Assembly: GCA_964016885.1 (NCBI GenBank)
Contig: OZ024742.1
Span: forward strand, 308,388,001 to 308,452,000
DNA length: 64,000 bases
Reading direction: 5' to 3'
Origin: Eledone cirrhosa
Lineage: Eukaryota
A program made the translations under genes and the position numbers. Of this stretch, positions 51,777 through 64,000 are shown piece after piece; within the stretch, counting starts at the first letter, position 1, and each line of letters opens with the position of its first letter. The notes under the pieces were generated by a model. The model saw only the letters and a list, made by a program, of their open reading frames with translations, was not told where the DNA came from and made no database searches.

Positions 51777-51909
51777 TGGGGTTATATTTAATTTGTTGGG
51801 ATTCAACAAGCTTTAAAAAGTTTTATAACTGATATAAATCACTCAACATTATAGTGGTGTAAATATACAATATATTAATAAATGGAAACTATATTTATAA
51901 AACCATAAT

Positions 51910-51975
51910 TATTTTATTATATATATTTCAAGGACAACCAAGGTAAATTATGGCGCGCTTTCATCAGATAAAATA
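51910..51975 (-). ncRNA. Type I hammerhead ribozyme motif
   Basis: tattttat-CTGATGA-aagcgcgcc..ggttgtcctt-GAAA-tatata-TA-ataaaata. Confidence 0.65.
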
Positions 51976-52113
51976 CAGATTTGTTTTATAAATAAATATT
52001 GACATACCCGGAAAAAAGACATCAACGGTGAAAATTGGACTATCCAGCGAATTTCAACCGTTGAGGTTGTCTCTTTTCCGTGTATGTCAATATTTATTTA
52101 TAAAACAAATCTG

Positions 52114-52179
52114 TATTTTATCTGATGAAAGTGCACCATAATTTACCTAGGTTGCCCTTGAAATATATATAATAAAATA
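52114..52179 (+). ncRNA. Type I hammerhead ribozyme motif
   Basis: Stem I tattttat/ataaaata, CTGATGA, stem II aagtgca/tgccctt, GAAA, palindromic tatata, UA cleavage site at 52170-52171. Confidence 0.72.
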
Positions 52180-52217
52180 ATTATGGTTTTATAGATATAG
52201 TTTCCATTTATTAATAT

Positions 52218-52253
<36 letters not shown>

Positions 52254-52414
52254 AAAAGAATGAAGAATGACATGGTCGGATGTACAATAGGGTTTATTTA
52301 CAGTATTAAACATTGTCTCTTTAGTCCGGTGTGTCTAAAAGTCGTTGATCATTAGAAGCTACGTCACTCGGCTTTAATTACAGTCGATTACCTTAAACGA
52401 CACCTTGTTATCCT

Positions 52415-52490
<76 letters not shown>

Positions 52491-52492
<2 letters not shown>

Positions 52493-53825
52493 CACACATG
52501 ACCCACCATATAATATGGAGGTGGCCACACCATTAACTAAGATCTTTCTCCCTCTTATTAAGAACCATTTCCCCTCAGCACATAAATATAATACAATTTT
52601 TAATAGAAATACCATTAACATATCTTACTCTACGTCTCCTAACTTTGCACATAACATCACTGCTTCAAATTTAGCTAAATTAACTAGCCGTAGGAACACG
52701 TGCAACCCTGGAGCTAGTACTAACTGTAATTGTAGGAATCGGGTTGACTGTCCTCTATCCGGGAAATGCCTCTCCAGGAACATTGTCTACAAATGTAAGG
52801 CCGAAACATCCACGTCTAGTAGAGCCTACATCGGGTTAACCGCCAATAGATTCAAGCAGCGTATTTACATGCACACCCATTCTTTTCTTAACCCTTTAAG
52901 AAGGAATATGACATCACTTTCAGCTTATATCTGCAGTCTAAAAGACGAACACACCAAATATAGGTTACACTGGGAAATCCTAGCTGAGGGCTAGATCGTA
53001 TAATGGAAATAAAAGACCATGCGATCTTTGCGCGGCTGAAGCCCTGGAAATACTCTATGCCAATGATCACATCTTAAACAAAAAATCTGAGGAAATTTCG
53101 GCTTGTAAATACAAATTGCATATAAAACAGCCCCACATTATACCCTAACGGATAGTACGAACAATACGCGGATAATTTACGTCTTGATGTTGCAGCTAAG
53201 TATATTCTAGGTTTATACCATTACTTATTTGTATAGGTAAATATAGCTACCCGTATGTTTTGTGGAGGTACGTATACTTTCTCGTAAGTATATATTATTG
53301 TATTTGTTATAGGTGTATATATTATATTATATATAACTGGTATATATGGTTATGTGTATTTTGTGTTTGTGGGTGTATGCGAGTTTGCGTGTTTACACGT
53401 TTGTAAGGTGTGTATATGTGTACTTTGAGTTATGGTATACGTACGTTTGGTGAACATATGTGTATTTACCTATATGTATGTGTATGCATGCGTTATATAC
53501 GTATTTATGTGTGTATATTTATATACGTTTATATAATTATATGTATATACACACACACCACCTGTTTTACTTCATGTTTATTTTTATTTTTATCATGCTT
53601 TTATATTTAATTTCATTTGTACCTTTTCCTCTCACCCCCCCTTTTTTCTATATGTCTCTCCAGCACTCCCCTACAGACCCTTGGAACTCTCTTCCCACAC
53701 ACTTTTCACCTGAAGAAGGGCTTATGCCCGAAACGTCGTTCGCCACCACCACCCCACTCTCAAGAGCGTGAAACTAATAAACCTTTGTTCGTACTGCCTC
53801 TCTGTTTTGTTCCCGTTCAATTTTT

Positions 53826-53830
<5 letters not shown>
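52491..53830 (+). mobile_element. 5'-truncated Penelope-like element (GIY-YIG C-terminus + 3' region)
   Basis: ORF 52515-52994: CNCRNRVDCPLSGKCLSRNIVYKC..AYIGLTANRFKQRIYMHTHSF; hammerhead downstream. Confidence 0.85.
53707..53740 (+). ncRNA. Minimal hammerhead ribozyme (Penelope type)
   Basis: CTGAAGA-agggc-ttat-gccc-GAAA-cgTC with palindromic ACGT. Confidence 0.75.
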
Positions 53831-53883
<53 letters not shown>

Positions 53884-54107
53884 GTGTATTTGGTGTATAC
53901 GTTCGTATGTGTGCGGGAACATGTGTCGCGCGGGTTTATGTACGTCTGCGCGTGTGTATATGTACGTGCATTGCGAGTGTTTTCGCGTATGCACATATAT
54001 GTACGTATATAGATGTGTGTATGTATATATTTAATTATTATTACATTTTATGATTTTAATAACCTCTGTCATTTTCGTTCTACTAATTTATTTACATTAT
54101 TCTTTGC

Positions 54108-54283
54108 CAGTATCGGTAGAGGGTCGGACGCCATGCTTTCCAGCATAGTTACGTCCCTTTACGATCTGAGTTCAAATCCCGCCGAGGTTGACTTTGCCTT
54201 TCATCCTTACGGGGTCGATAAAATAAAGTACTAGTAATGCACTGGGTCATTGCTGGCCTTGTGCCTAACGTAGAAACAATTAT
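54108..54283 (+). mobile_element. SINE family 1, slightly 5'-truncated
   Basis: Near-identical to 23273-23458. Confidence 0.9.
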
Positions 54284-54474
54284 TCTTAACTCCGAAGCCG
54301 AGAATCATTCGGTTTCCTAAATAGAATATTAGTTTAATGACTCCAAAACGTCGTTTTTCCTTTGTGTGTATTTGTTCTCAACGCTCCACATAACGACCTA
54401 TTATCTTCGCTTTTTCTGTTCATTGCCAAGGAAGGTCTTCACGAACCTAAGTATCGTCTTCCTGTTTTCCTTCG

Positions 54475-54600
54475 GTTGCAACGTTTTTCGAAATATTTAC
54501 TTCTGCGTTAACAGATTGATTTTCTTTTTGGGTTTCAGAAAATCCCGTTAAGGGTGAAAGCAGCGATTCTTTGCTTAAACTTTAATCTGTTATTTTAATA
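54475..54600 (+). repeat. Dispersed repeat (second copy at ~58735-58855)
   Basis: cgaaat.tttacttctgcgtt.acagattg..cccgttaagggtgaaa..cgattctttgcttaaac. Confidence 0.8.
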
Positions 54601-55414
54601 AATATTTGCTCTAGGTTATTATATATTTGCTATATATGTTTCCTTATCGAGCCCTCTTTGGAGTTTAGTCTTCACATTTATTAGTATTACTATATATATA
54701 TGTATACAAAGATCGGAATAAAGAGTATTCCGCAGTACACAGTAATAATAACAATATTAGCTCAAAAAAGAATAGATAATTTTCTTCTGAGCTCAAATGC
54801 AAATATATTACACAAAGAGAAGTGTGTTACACAGTGAGTTGTGTGTAAAGAATTATTACAAGTGATTTTTACCGTTACTGTATAGAGAACAATGTCTACA
54901 GGTTTAGCAATTAAATAGAAAAAAACTAAGTCAGAATCAAATCTCTGGATTTATTTCAGAAGATAGGTTGCTTATACGCAGTTGTTACGTTGTAACTTCT
55001 TGTGGATAAGCCGGTAAGAGCGATCCAAAAGCACTTCACGTCAGTAGTTTATCCCAGGAAAGAGTTGGTTATTAGGAGTATTCATTTATCAAATAAAAGT
55101 AGTTACGACTTAACTACTCATATTTGATATATATACATATATAGCATTAACATTTTGGTCGAGTGCTCCATATTGGTGACCTCATGCTATATTACACGTT
55201 ACTGTTAACCCCAGCCCGTTAGCCACTGTTGCTGTCTTTTGGCGACAGACTAGCAGTTAATAACACACGTGGGATACCAACATCAACTTTAAAATTTAGT
55301 ACTTTGGTCGATACTCGGAAATCCCTTATAGGACTGCTGGGCGAAGAAAGATTACCTTCTCCGGAATTTGCTGGTTATGGATTTATTATTAATATATCAC
55401 CATAAACTTTAAGG

Positions 55415-55480
<66 letters not shown>

Positions 55481-55482
<2 letters not shown>

Positions 55483-55890
55483 AGGGGCTCGCAAAGGAGC
55501 ACTGAGTGCAATGTCAACTCTGGATGTCGGTGAGCATGTCCAGCTAAACTCAGTCTCCTCTGTGTCACTTTTGAGCTGACTTTTGGGATGCTCCCATACA
55601 GCTCTGAGTTTTTCATCCTCAGTGTATACTGATTAATGTTCAGAGCCATCCTCAGCATTCTCGTGTAGCACCCATCCACCATCTGAGTGAGTTTCTTGGT
55701 CAGTGTCCAAGTCTCAGACCCATACATGGACACACTAGAAGAGGAAGACCAAGGTTAACGTATGTTGATGCCCTAAGGACAGTCACTAGTCTGTTGGAGA
55801 CGTAGGACATGGCAGCGATAATGAGGGACAGAGACCGCTGGAGAGAACTCGTCCATGGATCTCGGGAATTTTACCCGCCTTAGATAGATA
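55481..55890. mobile_element. RTE-clade LINE 3' fragment with a 5' inversion
   Basis: 55481-55734 minus strand: YGSETWTLT..YTRMLR..RRLSLAGH..CEPL; 55735-55890 plus strand: RRGRPRLTYVD..MRDRDRWR. Confidence 0.85.
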
Positions 55891-57688
55891 TGTGTGTGTG
55901 TGTGTGTGTATATATATAGATATAGATATATATATACATAGTAGTGAAAGAGTGAATAATAACATATATATATATATATATTGTTATACTTGGGGAGGGT
56001 CATATATATAGCCTAGTTTTCGTGCCAACTTTTCTTTCACCATTCAAGGTTTCCGTTTATCATTTAAATTGTCATTGTAACTTTCTATTTTGAATGTTTG
56101 CGTAGCTCTCTTTTTCACTCTTTCTTTCTTTCAATCTTGTCTATCTCTCTAACTGGGGCATATCTACTCATGATTCTTCTTGACTTGAATTATATTTTGA
56201 TTCAGATCGATAGCTCACCACTCTTCCAAACATATGACCTTTAATCACCCATAACATTAATTTCTATTCGATGATGCTACCTGGTTGCTATTGCAAAACA
56301 TATTCAACTATATTAAATTCCGAGGAGAGTTGTTGAAGACATTAGATTGAGTGGCTTCCAGCGAAATTAAGTATAGACTAAAATTATATTTTCATTTATC
56401 ATTTAAGAAATCGATAAGTTGTTTTTCCTCCTAGGTGATCAGTTGAATGATCCTCTTTATTAATAGCTTAGGGGCCTTCCGCTTTGGAGATGTTATCACC
56501 ACACATATTGCTTATATAGTTTCTTTTATAGTTGAATGGTGTTTAGCTATATTATCGTTAAGCTTGTAAATATTCTCGACTAAAAAGAAGGGAATTCAGC
56601 TGTATTATCAATGCTTTACTACATTTTACTCAAAGAAAATATTTCCGTTTAATAGAACTTCATGAAAAATTTATATTCCGGATTTTGGACAGATTTTAAT
56701 ATGAAGAGTAATTTTCATAAATAAATTCATCAAGCATTAAACTAAGATTTATTAAAATTCTTTCCGCACCGACAATGTTGTTCAATCTTCTGGAAATGAA
56801 AACTCAGTGGAAAGAGTGTCATGGTTTGATTCAGATATTAGTTCCTTCTTTTCAGGAACCTGACCCTGCATATTTTGTAAAATATAAAATGTAAAATATA
56901 ACATTTGTATTGCGACGTTCAGACTTTCTTTAATGCTATTCTCGACACTTTAATCGGATATCGAAATCTACATCACAGATTAGTCGCGTCTAACTTCGTC
57001 TTCTTCAATATTCGTCAGGGATGATTATAACATTGTTTTCTCTATAAGGCTCAGGCCGGAAGTGTTGCAAAAACGGGAAAATTATGATGTTAATGCCTGA
57101 GGGTTTTATTTACTGTCATTTAAATCCGGAATTGAAATCGCTCGAATACTGATTCTTCCTTTCATCTATTCAAAGTTGATAAAAGCTAGCCAGTTTATGT
57201 TTTGAGCTTCGTTTTCTAATTGTCGGCCTCATCACCTCCATCTAACCTACTACTCTTTTGTATTGTTTTTGTCATTTATTTAGTTTAGTAGTAATTAGAA
57301 TATGTCCCATATTTACTTGACAAGATTTCATATTCAATAAGTTTGTAATAATGAAGTGAAGGGATACTGTTTGAGAATGAATTTTCGCAACTACAAATCA
57401 AAAGTATATTTTAGTTTCATTTGGAGACTGTAGGTTTGATATTGTAATGTGTTTGCTGTAATATCCATTTGCCATGCATATAATTGTCCATTTTGAATTT
57501 TTTGAATAACGTATATGAAGGTATCTGTAACATAAATCAATGATCTGCTCTTTTCTGGAAAGTAGACACTTCGGCATCATGCGCGGGTTTGTATTACCAA
57601 GTCTTTTGTTCCCTTTGTACAGTTTCTGATCACGTAAAAAGACATGACTCTCGTTCAGATGGGGCTATAGCTCTCTTTTACGCCATTC

Positions 57689-58224
57689 ATTTTGAGTTAG
57701 AGACAAAAGAATCTCCGTGAGCTTTCGTATCTCAGCATCCCTTGTGTGACATTTATATTTATTATATTTGCTAAGACAGGACTCTCATTCAAATGGACCA
57801 TTCCTCCTCTTTTTTATGTTTTCTACGACTACGATAGGCGCTGAGCTGGATAGTCGCAGGTGTGAGCGTCGAAATATGGAATGGCTCTTCCAGCGCATCT
57901 TCCTTACCACCCTCCCCCCGCGAAACGCCTTCGCCATTCTGTCCGCCGGTGCTGTGGGGAGACAAGCACGTAGGACCCCATTTGCTCACAATACAGAGAT
58001 ACGGGGAGGGCGAGATAGATAGAGGTGATGACAGTGGGAGTTCAGCTCTTCCATGTTGGCACCTGTCATGTAGATCATGTGATAATTTCATTTTACGTGC
58101 TTGAACTAAGGAATGTAATATAACACACATAATACATATAATTTTGAGTTAGAGACAAAAGGGTCTCTGTGAGCTTTCTTATTTCAGTAACCTTTGTGTG
58201 AAATTTATATTTATTATATTTGCT
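57689..58224 (+). repeat. ~83-bp direct repeats (57689-57771, 58141-58224) flanking a GC-richer ~370-bp segment
   Basis: attttgagttagagacaaaag...tttatatttattatatttgct occurs twice. Confidence 0.85.
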
Positions 58225-58663
58225 CGAATGATTTAGAGCTTCAAATGTCTCTGAAATATATTCCGTTATATCTTTCCCAAGGAGCGAGGGGAATAATGTT
58301 ACGGGATTCCATCTGAAATTGAAATCTGAAGAATTATCGCCATGTACACACCTTATTTTATCTATATATCTAAAATAGAGAATGTCTGTTTGTCTGTCTG
58401 TCAGCTCAGTAAAACTCGAGAACCAGCCAACCGATTGTTTTCAAACTTTACAAATGTAATACTTATGGTCCTATGAGCGTTCTGAGAAAAGAAAATTTCA
58501 AATTTCAATGCTCTTGGGAGCGCATTAGGCGATTTAGCGATCTCTCTCTATAATTGTTAGTCTTTCTCTTTTTAGATAGATACATAGATATAACGTTGCG
58601 CCCTTATAATATCTGTCTGTATTTCTGGCTGTCTGCATTACAACATTATGACAGAGTGTGTGC

Positions 58664-58735
<72 letters not shown>

Positions 58736-58849
58736 TGTAACGTTTTTTCGAAATCTTTACTTCTGCGTTCACAGATTGATTTTTTTTAGTGTCAGAAGAT
58801 CCCGTTAAGGGTGAAACCAACGATTCTTTGCTTAAACATTAATCTGTTA

Positions 58850-58889
<40 letters not shown>

Positions 58890-59100
58890 TATATTCGTGT
58901 AGGCTCGATAAGGATAAATATATATCCTTTTTGCATACACAATAACAAAATATAAACAAAAGAATTTATTTCGCGATAAAGTATTGATTTTCTTCGCACT
59001 GAATACAAGCCTGGTAATCTACAACGAATTTATTTTATAAACTCAAAATGTAGACACCTTCCCGTACTTCTCTGTACTGTTATATATATATATATATATA

Positions 59101-60920
59101 ATGTATAAAAATCAATACAATATAATTACCTCATTACCAGAGGTATCCCGAATGAGGCGAATACGAAATAAACGTCTTCATTCGTTCGTCAGACGAGGCA
59201 ATATAAAACATGGGTAAATACTTAGAAAAACTCATCAAGAAAATCAAAAAAAAGATATAGACAAATGAATTAGAAATTGAAATATATAAAAATCTATCAA
59301 GAAATATAGTTAGGTGTGTGTATATGTATGTATATACGCTCATAGATGTGCATATATGTATATGCACACATGTATACGTATAGTGAAAAAGTGTGCGTAA
59401 TTCTAAAAGTTAGGGCAAATGTATCTGAATGTTTGTAATCTACAGACAGAATAGTTACATCATAAATATATGAATATGAAGGCGCGCGCATAAAACGCCT
59501 GCACACTCGTACACTTAGATGCGGAAGTAAAAGAGGTAAGGGAGTGTAATAATACTTTCCCATACCACCATAGGCCATAACTTAGATAGATTAAGGAAAG
59601 ACTTAATAAAAACCTTTGCTAGTTTTAATCTTAAAATTACTATTGACACTAACCTTTCCAACGTAGATTTCCTAGATATAAACCTAGATTTGCCTACTGC
59701 TTCTTATAAACCATACCATAAACCTAATGAAAACTTAAAATATATAAATAAAGGATCTTGCCATCCACCTATAGTTTTTAAAAACCTTATCCCTAATATT
59801 AGCCGTAGGATCTCCACCCTCTCTTCCTCAGAAGCTATTTTTAATAAGGCATCCCCCTACTATAATGAAGCCCTCCAAAATAGCGGTTTTAGCGAACCGA
59901 TTAAATACATACCTAACTATACTAACTCTATTAAACATAAAAATAGGAAAAGAAAAATAATCTGGTTCACACCCCCCCTACTCTCTAGCAGTTAAAACTA
60001 ATGTAGGCAAAAAATTCCTTGAGCTCCTAGATAAACATTTCCCTAGAACACATAGATACTATAAGATATTTAACAGAAACTGTGTTAAAATTAGCTATTC
60101 CTGCGGTCCCCCTATTAAGTCCTATATCCTCAACAAAATATCACCTAGAGAAAATCAAACTTGCTCCTGTAGAATCAAAAGTGAATGCCCATTACAAGGT
60201 AAATGCAACACCAAAGCCATTGTATATGCGGCTAAAGTGACAACCATCAGCAACAACTATCCAGCCACCAGTGAACGATATGTGGGTATGACGCAAGACA
60301 GATTCAAAACGCGTTATTACTCACATGTCGCATCTTTTCGACATCCAGAAAAAATATTTACAACAGCTCTGGCTAGCAGAATTTGGGATTTGAAAGACCA
60401 AGGACGGAAATTTTCACCAGTTTCCCACACATGAAATCACACCTGCTTTCCAGCTCATATAAACTTAATACACTTTCAGATACTTATCCTCCATAAACTC
60501 TTATTATTCTCTTTTTAATTACCCTTTCTGACTTACTTTCATTTTTATCCTTGTCAATAATTTCATTTATTTTTATTTTTATTTTTATTTTTATTTTTAT
60601 TTTTATTTTTACTTCACATCCACCAATAACCCCCCCCCCTTTATTCTCCGATTCACTTTCCATTTTTTACTTCCCCTTCTTTTACTTCCCCTTTTCCTCC
60701 ACTAACTGATTACACATGCTTTTTGTGTTTTTCAATCCAGATATATTTTTCATTTTTATTTTTATTTTTTATTTTTGCGCAGCCAATCTTACAATTTTAT
60801 ATTTGTACTTACTTATCCACAAGTTTGTTTACACCCTGTATCAATATGGCTGAACGCCTTAATGTGTGTATACTTTTATATATGTACATGAGTGACTACG
60901 TATGTGCGCGCGCGTGCGTG

Positions 60921-60969
<49 letters not shown>

Positions 60970-61815
60970 ATATGTATGTGTGTGTGTGTGTATGTATATA
61001 TTATGCGTATGTGTATGTGTCTTTATATCCGTGTTTTTTGACATCTCGGTTTTATGTTTTGTTCCTTTTTTCTTCTCCCCCCCCCCTTCCCTTTTTTTAC
61101 TTACTCAGTTTTATGCGTGTGCATGCATACAGGTCAATATGGGTGAGTGTAAGTATGTGTGTGTGTGTGTGTGTATGTACGTATCGAACGTATGGATGTG
61201 TAAGTGCGCGTGTGTATATAAGCATATATATGTTTGCCTTTCTTTTGTGAGACATGCGAGTCTGTGTATGTATGTAACCTTTTTTTGTCTTCTTTTCTTT
61301 AATTTTTTCTTTCTAATTTATTGTTACATTTTTATAAATATATCGAGATTGATACTTTCCTTTAATTATTACACTCCCTTACCTCTTTTACTTCCGCATC
61401 TAAGTGTACGAGTGTGCAGGCGTTTTATGCGCGCGCCTTCATATTCATATATTTATGATGTAACTATTCTGTCTGTAGATTACAAACATTCAGATACATT
61501 TGCCCTAACTTTTAGAATTACGCACACTTTTTCACTATACGTATACATGTGTGCATATACATATATGCACATCTATGAGCGTATATACATACATATACAC
61601 ACACCTAACTATATTTCTTGATAGATTTTTATATATTTCAATTTCTAATTCATTTGTCTATATCTTTTTTTGATTTTCTTGATGAGTTTTTCTAAGTATT
61701 TACCCATGTTTTATATTGCCTCGTCTGACGAACGAATGAAGACGTTTATTTCGTATTCGCCTCATTCGGGAAATTCTGGTAATGAGGTAATTATATTGTA
61801 TTGATTTTTATACAT
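59101..61815 (+). mobile_element. Penelope-like element, 5'-truncated, with an inverted pseudo-LTR (59101-59553 / 61365-61815)
   Basis: 59554-60434 encodes VDFLDINLDL, YKPYHKPN, SCHPP, CSCRIKSECPLQGKC, YVGMT..RFKTRYYSH; ~450-bp near-identical inverted arms. Confidence 0.88.
61720..61795 (+). ncRNA. Hammerhead-like motif in the pseudo-LTR (mirror copy ~59120-59196, minus strand)
   Basis: CTGACGA, stem cgaatga/tcattcg, GAAA, inferred stem cctc/gagg, GTA; stem I weak. Confidence 0.45.
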
Positions 61816-61888
61816 TAAATTTTGCTCTGATACTTACATAGAGCACTCTTCACTTCCATCACCTTTTCTGTTTCCAACGGAAATTTCA

Positions 61889-61943
<55 letters not shown>

Positions 61944-62654
61944 TATATTCGTGTACAGATATTTTTGCATTCACAATAACAAAATATAAACAAACGTATT
62001 TATTTCACGAGGCTGGATTAGGATAAATATATAAGAACCCTAGAGCAAATCCATCCCGAGTAACGCTGGACGGACCATTCTGCTAGTATTATCTAACGTG
62101 TTTCATTAACTGATAAACACTGTGACGTTCGACATTCATACCCCAACTTTCATATGAGGTTTGAAACCGTGTTGAAGTTAGCTTACATTTTGTTCTATGA
62201 CATTTTTCCTACTCGTTGATAAACATTATCAATAAATATTATCGCCTTTAGCGTTCATATTTTATAGGTCAACCATTCTGACAATTTATCCTATGTCTAC
62301 TTCAAAGACATATTATTTACTGATTGTAGATGATTTTACATTTGTATGATTATAGAGTTTGACGTTGTTTTATAAGGTAACTGATCTATCAGTCACCATT
62401 CGGTTTTCTATGAGGTATAAATTATAGCCACGGAAGTGAAAATATTGTAATATAGTTATGACATATTTCATTTTACACGAAGTAAGGCTAAAAATAATAA
62501 AATAGCCATTGTCAGTGTCGTAAATTTCTGTCTTGCGTTTTCGTTTGTTTATGTACATTTTCAATGAGTATTTTTATGGTATATCAGAAATTCTCGAGTT
62601 TATTGAATGGACGTCTCATGTTATTTGTATCACAATAAAGGCTGTCGATTTGAA

Positions 62655-63050
62655 AATCGTTAGTGTATCGGGAAATGCTTTGCAGTATTTGATCCAGCTC
62701 TATACAAACTGAGTGAAAATCTCACGGAGGCCAGTTTTGCCTTTTATCCCTCCACGTTCGATAAAATAAAGTACCAGTAATGCACTGGATGGATTTAATC
62801 GCCTTTCCTCCTCCCCGAAAATTGTTCAGCTTCTGCCTATATCAGAAATCATTATAAAGGGCGTCAGATTGATAGAATAGTTAAAGCGTTCGGTTAAACG
62901 TTTTGCAGCATTTGGTACAGTACTTTACGTTCTGAGTTCAATTCCCGCCAAGGTCAACTTTGCTTTTCATCCTTCTAGACTCGATAAAATAAAGTACTTG
63001 CAACGTTATGTGATCAACTTATTCAACATGCCCCTTCCCCGATGTAGCTA
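62655..63050 (+). mobile_element. Two degenerate tandem SINE family 1 copies
   Basis: Core at ~62740 and ~62960. Confidence 0.75.
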
Positions 63051-63149
63051 CCCGTGTATCTGTATTATAAAGAATTATTTGTATCACAATGACAACCTTC
63101 CTCATCTAAGAGCAGATAGGCGTATGTAACCCCAGTAATCTCTCTCCAA

Positions 63150-63500
63150 TTTATTAACAGGGGTCCCATTAATGAATTAATTTCTTACTTAGATAGAATG
63201 CTACAAATTCCAACCTATCTAACCTCGGTGAGATCTGAACTAAGAACATTAAATTACGTAAATATGACTGGGCCTTTTCCCGACAAGCCATTGATTCTGC
63301 TAATACACTTCGCTCTGTAATACATTGATTTTTAATCTTGACACTAATCTACATTTGGTGAATAAGTGTATTCGATTAAATCGATCACAGTAATATATGT
63401 TATTGACTCCAATAAAATGAAAGGCAAAGATAACCATGCTGAAATTTCAAACAAAAACACTTAAAAACAGTAACATATTTTTCCTACACTCAACGATTTT
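63150..63500 (-). mobile_element. Degenerate SINE family 1 remnants
   Basis: aacctcggtgagatctgaact; atgaaaggcaaagataacc. Confidence 0.55.
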
Positions 63501-64000
63501 GCTAATACAATGTATTAATCAAAGAAAAGATAGAGGGAGAGAGAGAGAGGTCCACACGCCCTCTATCATCTGGCAATGTGCCAAGAAAATGGTATATGGA
63601 ATTAACAATGCATACCAGCATGTGTTAGAGGGTGTGTCGAAGGAAATTATTGCTAGATAAATGTAAAAGTAAAATAGTGGCAGAAGCAGAAAAAGAAATC
63701 CTGGAAAACTTTAACATGTTAATGATTGTTTAAGGTCGTAGATGTAAAGGGATAAGAGTAAGGTTTCAAAAGGGAAACTGACATTCGTAGGATTTAGTAA
63801 CATATCCGAGGAAGCCAAGCTCCATTAGGGACACTGTAACGGTCCCCGAGTCTGCTAGAAATGACAGCCACATCTCCTTTAAAAAAGGATGGAAGCTGTA
63901 TGGTCATAGCTGGAAGGCGTTTGGCTTCAGGTCTGATAGATTAGGTCTGACTTGTCGCTAAAAAAAGAAAAAATACCGGGGCTTGTAAACAAATGTTTAT

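Larger units (their letters stand above)
51863..52226. repeat. ~360-bp imperfect palindrome
   Basis: Arms ~51863-52036 and ~52050-52226. Confidence 0.92.
58361..62086 (+). mobile_element. Helitron-like family B element with nested insertions
   Basis: A|TCTATATATC start with gtctgtctgt; candidate end atcccgagtaacgctggac..tgCTAG|T. Linking the two ends is inference. Confidence 0.5.

Overview
AT-rich eukaryotic, repeat-dominated DNA with many microsatellites and no confidently identifiable host gene. The SINE and microsatellite landscape suggests a mollusc, probably a cephalopod such as Octopus (inference). The main content is four copies of a Tx1/L1-clade non-LTR retrotransposon, all on the minus strand. 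Every visible end of these copies abuts a (GATA)n/(TATC)n microsatellite, and three are stacked head-to-tail in one GATA array (34.7-44.2 kb). This points to a GATA-microsatellite-targeting family, with conserved 5' and 3' UTR hairpins and an invariant 33-nt inter-ORF spacer. Also present: a decayed hAT transposase, an internally deleted mariner, three Penelope-like fragments, several hammerhead-ribozyme motifs (including a palindrome with two divergent copies), RTE and R4-like LINE fragments (one with a twin-priming-type inversion), non-autonomous Helitrons, MITEs and many tRNA-derived SINEs. Coordinates were read by eye and may be off by a few bases.
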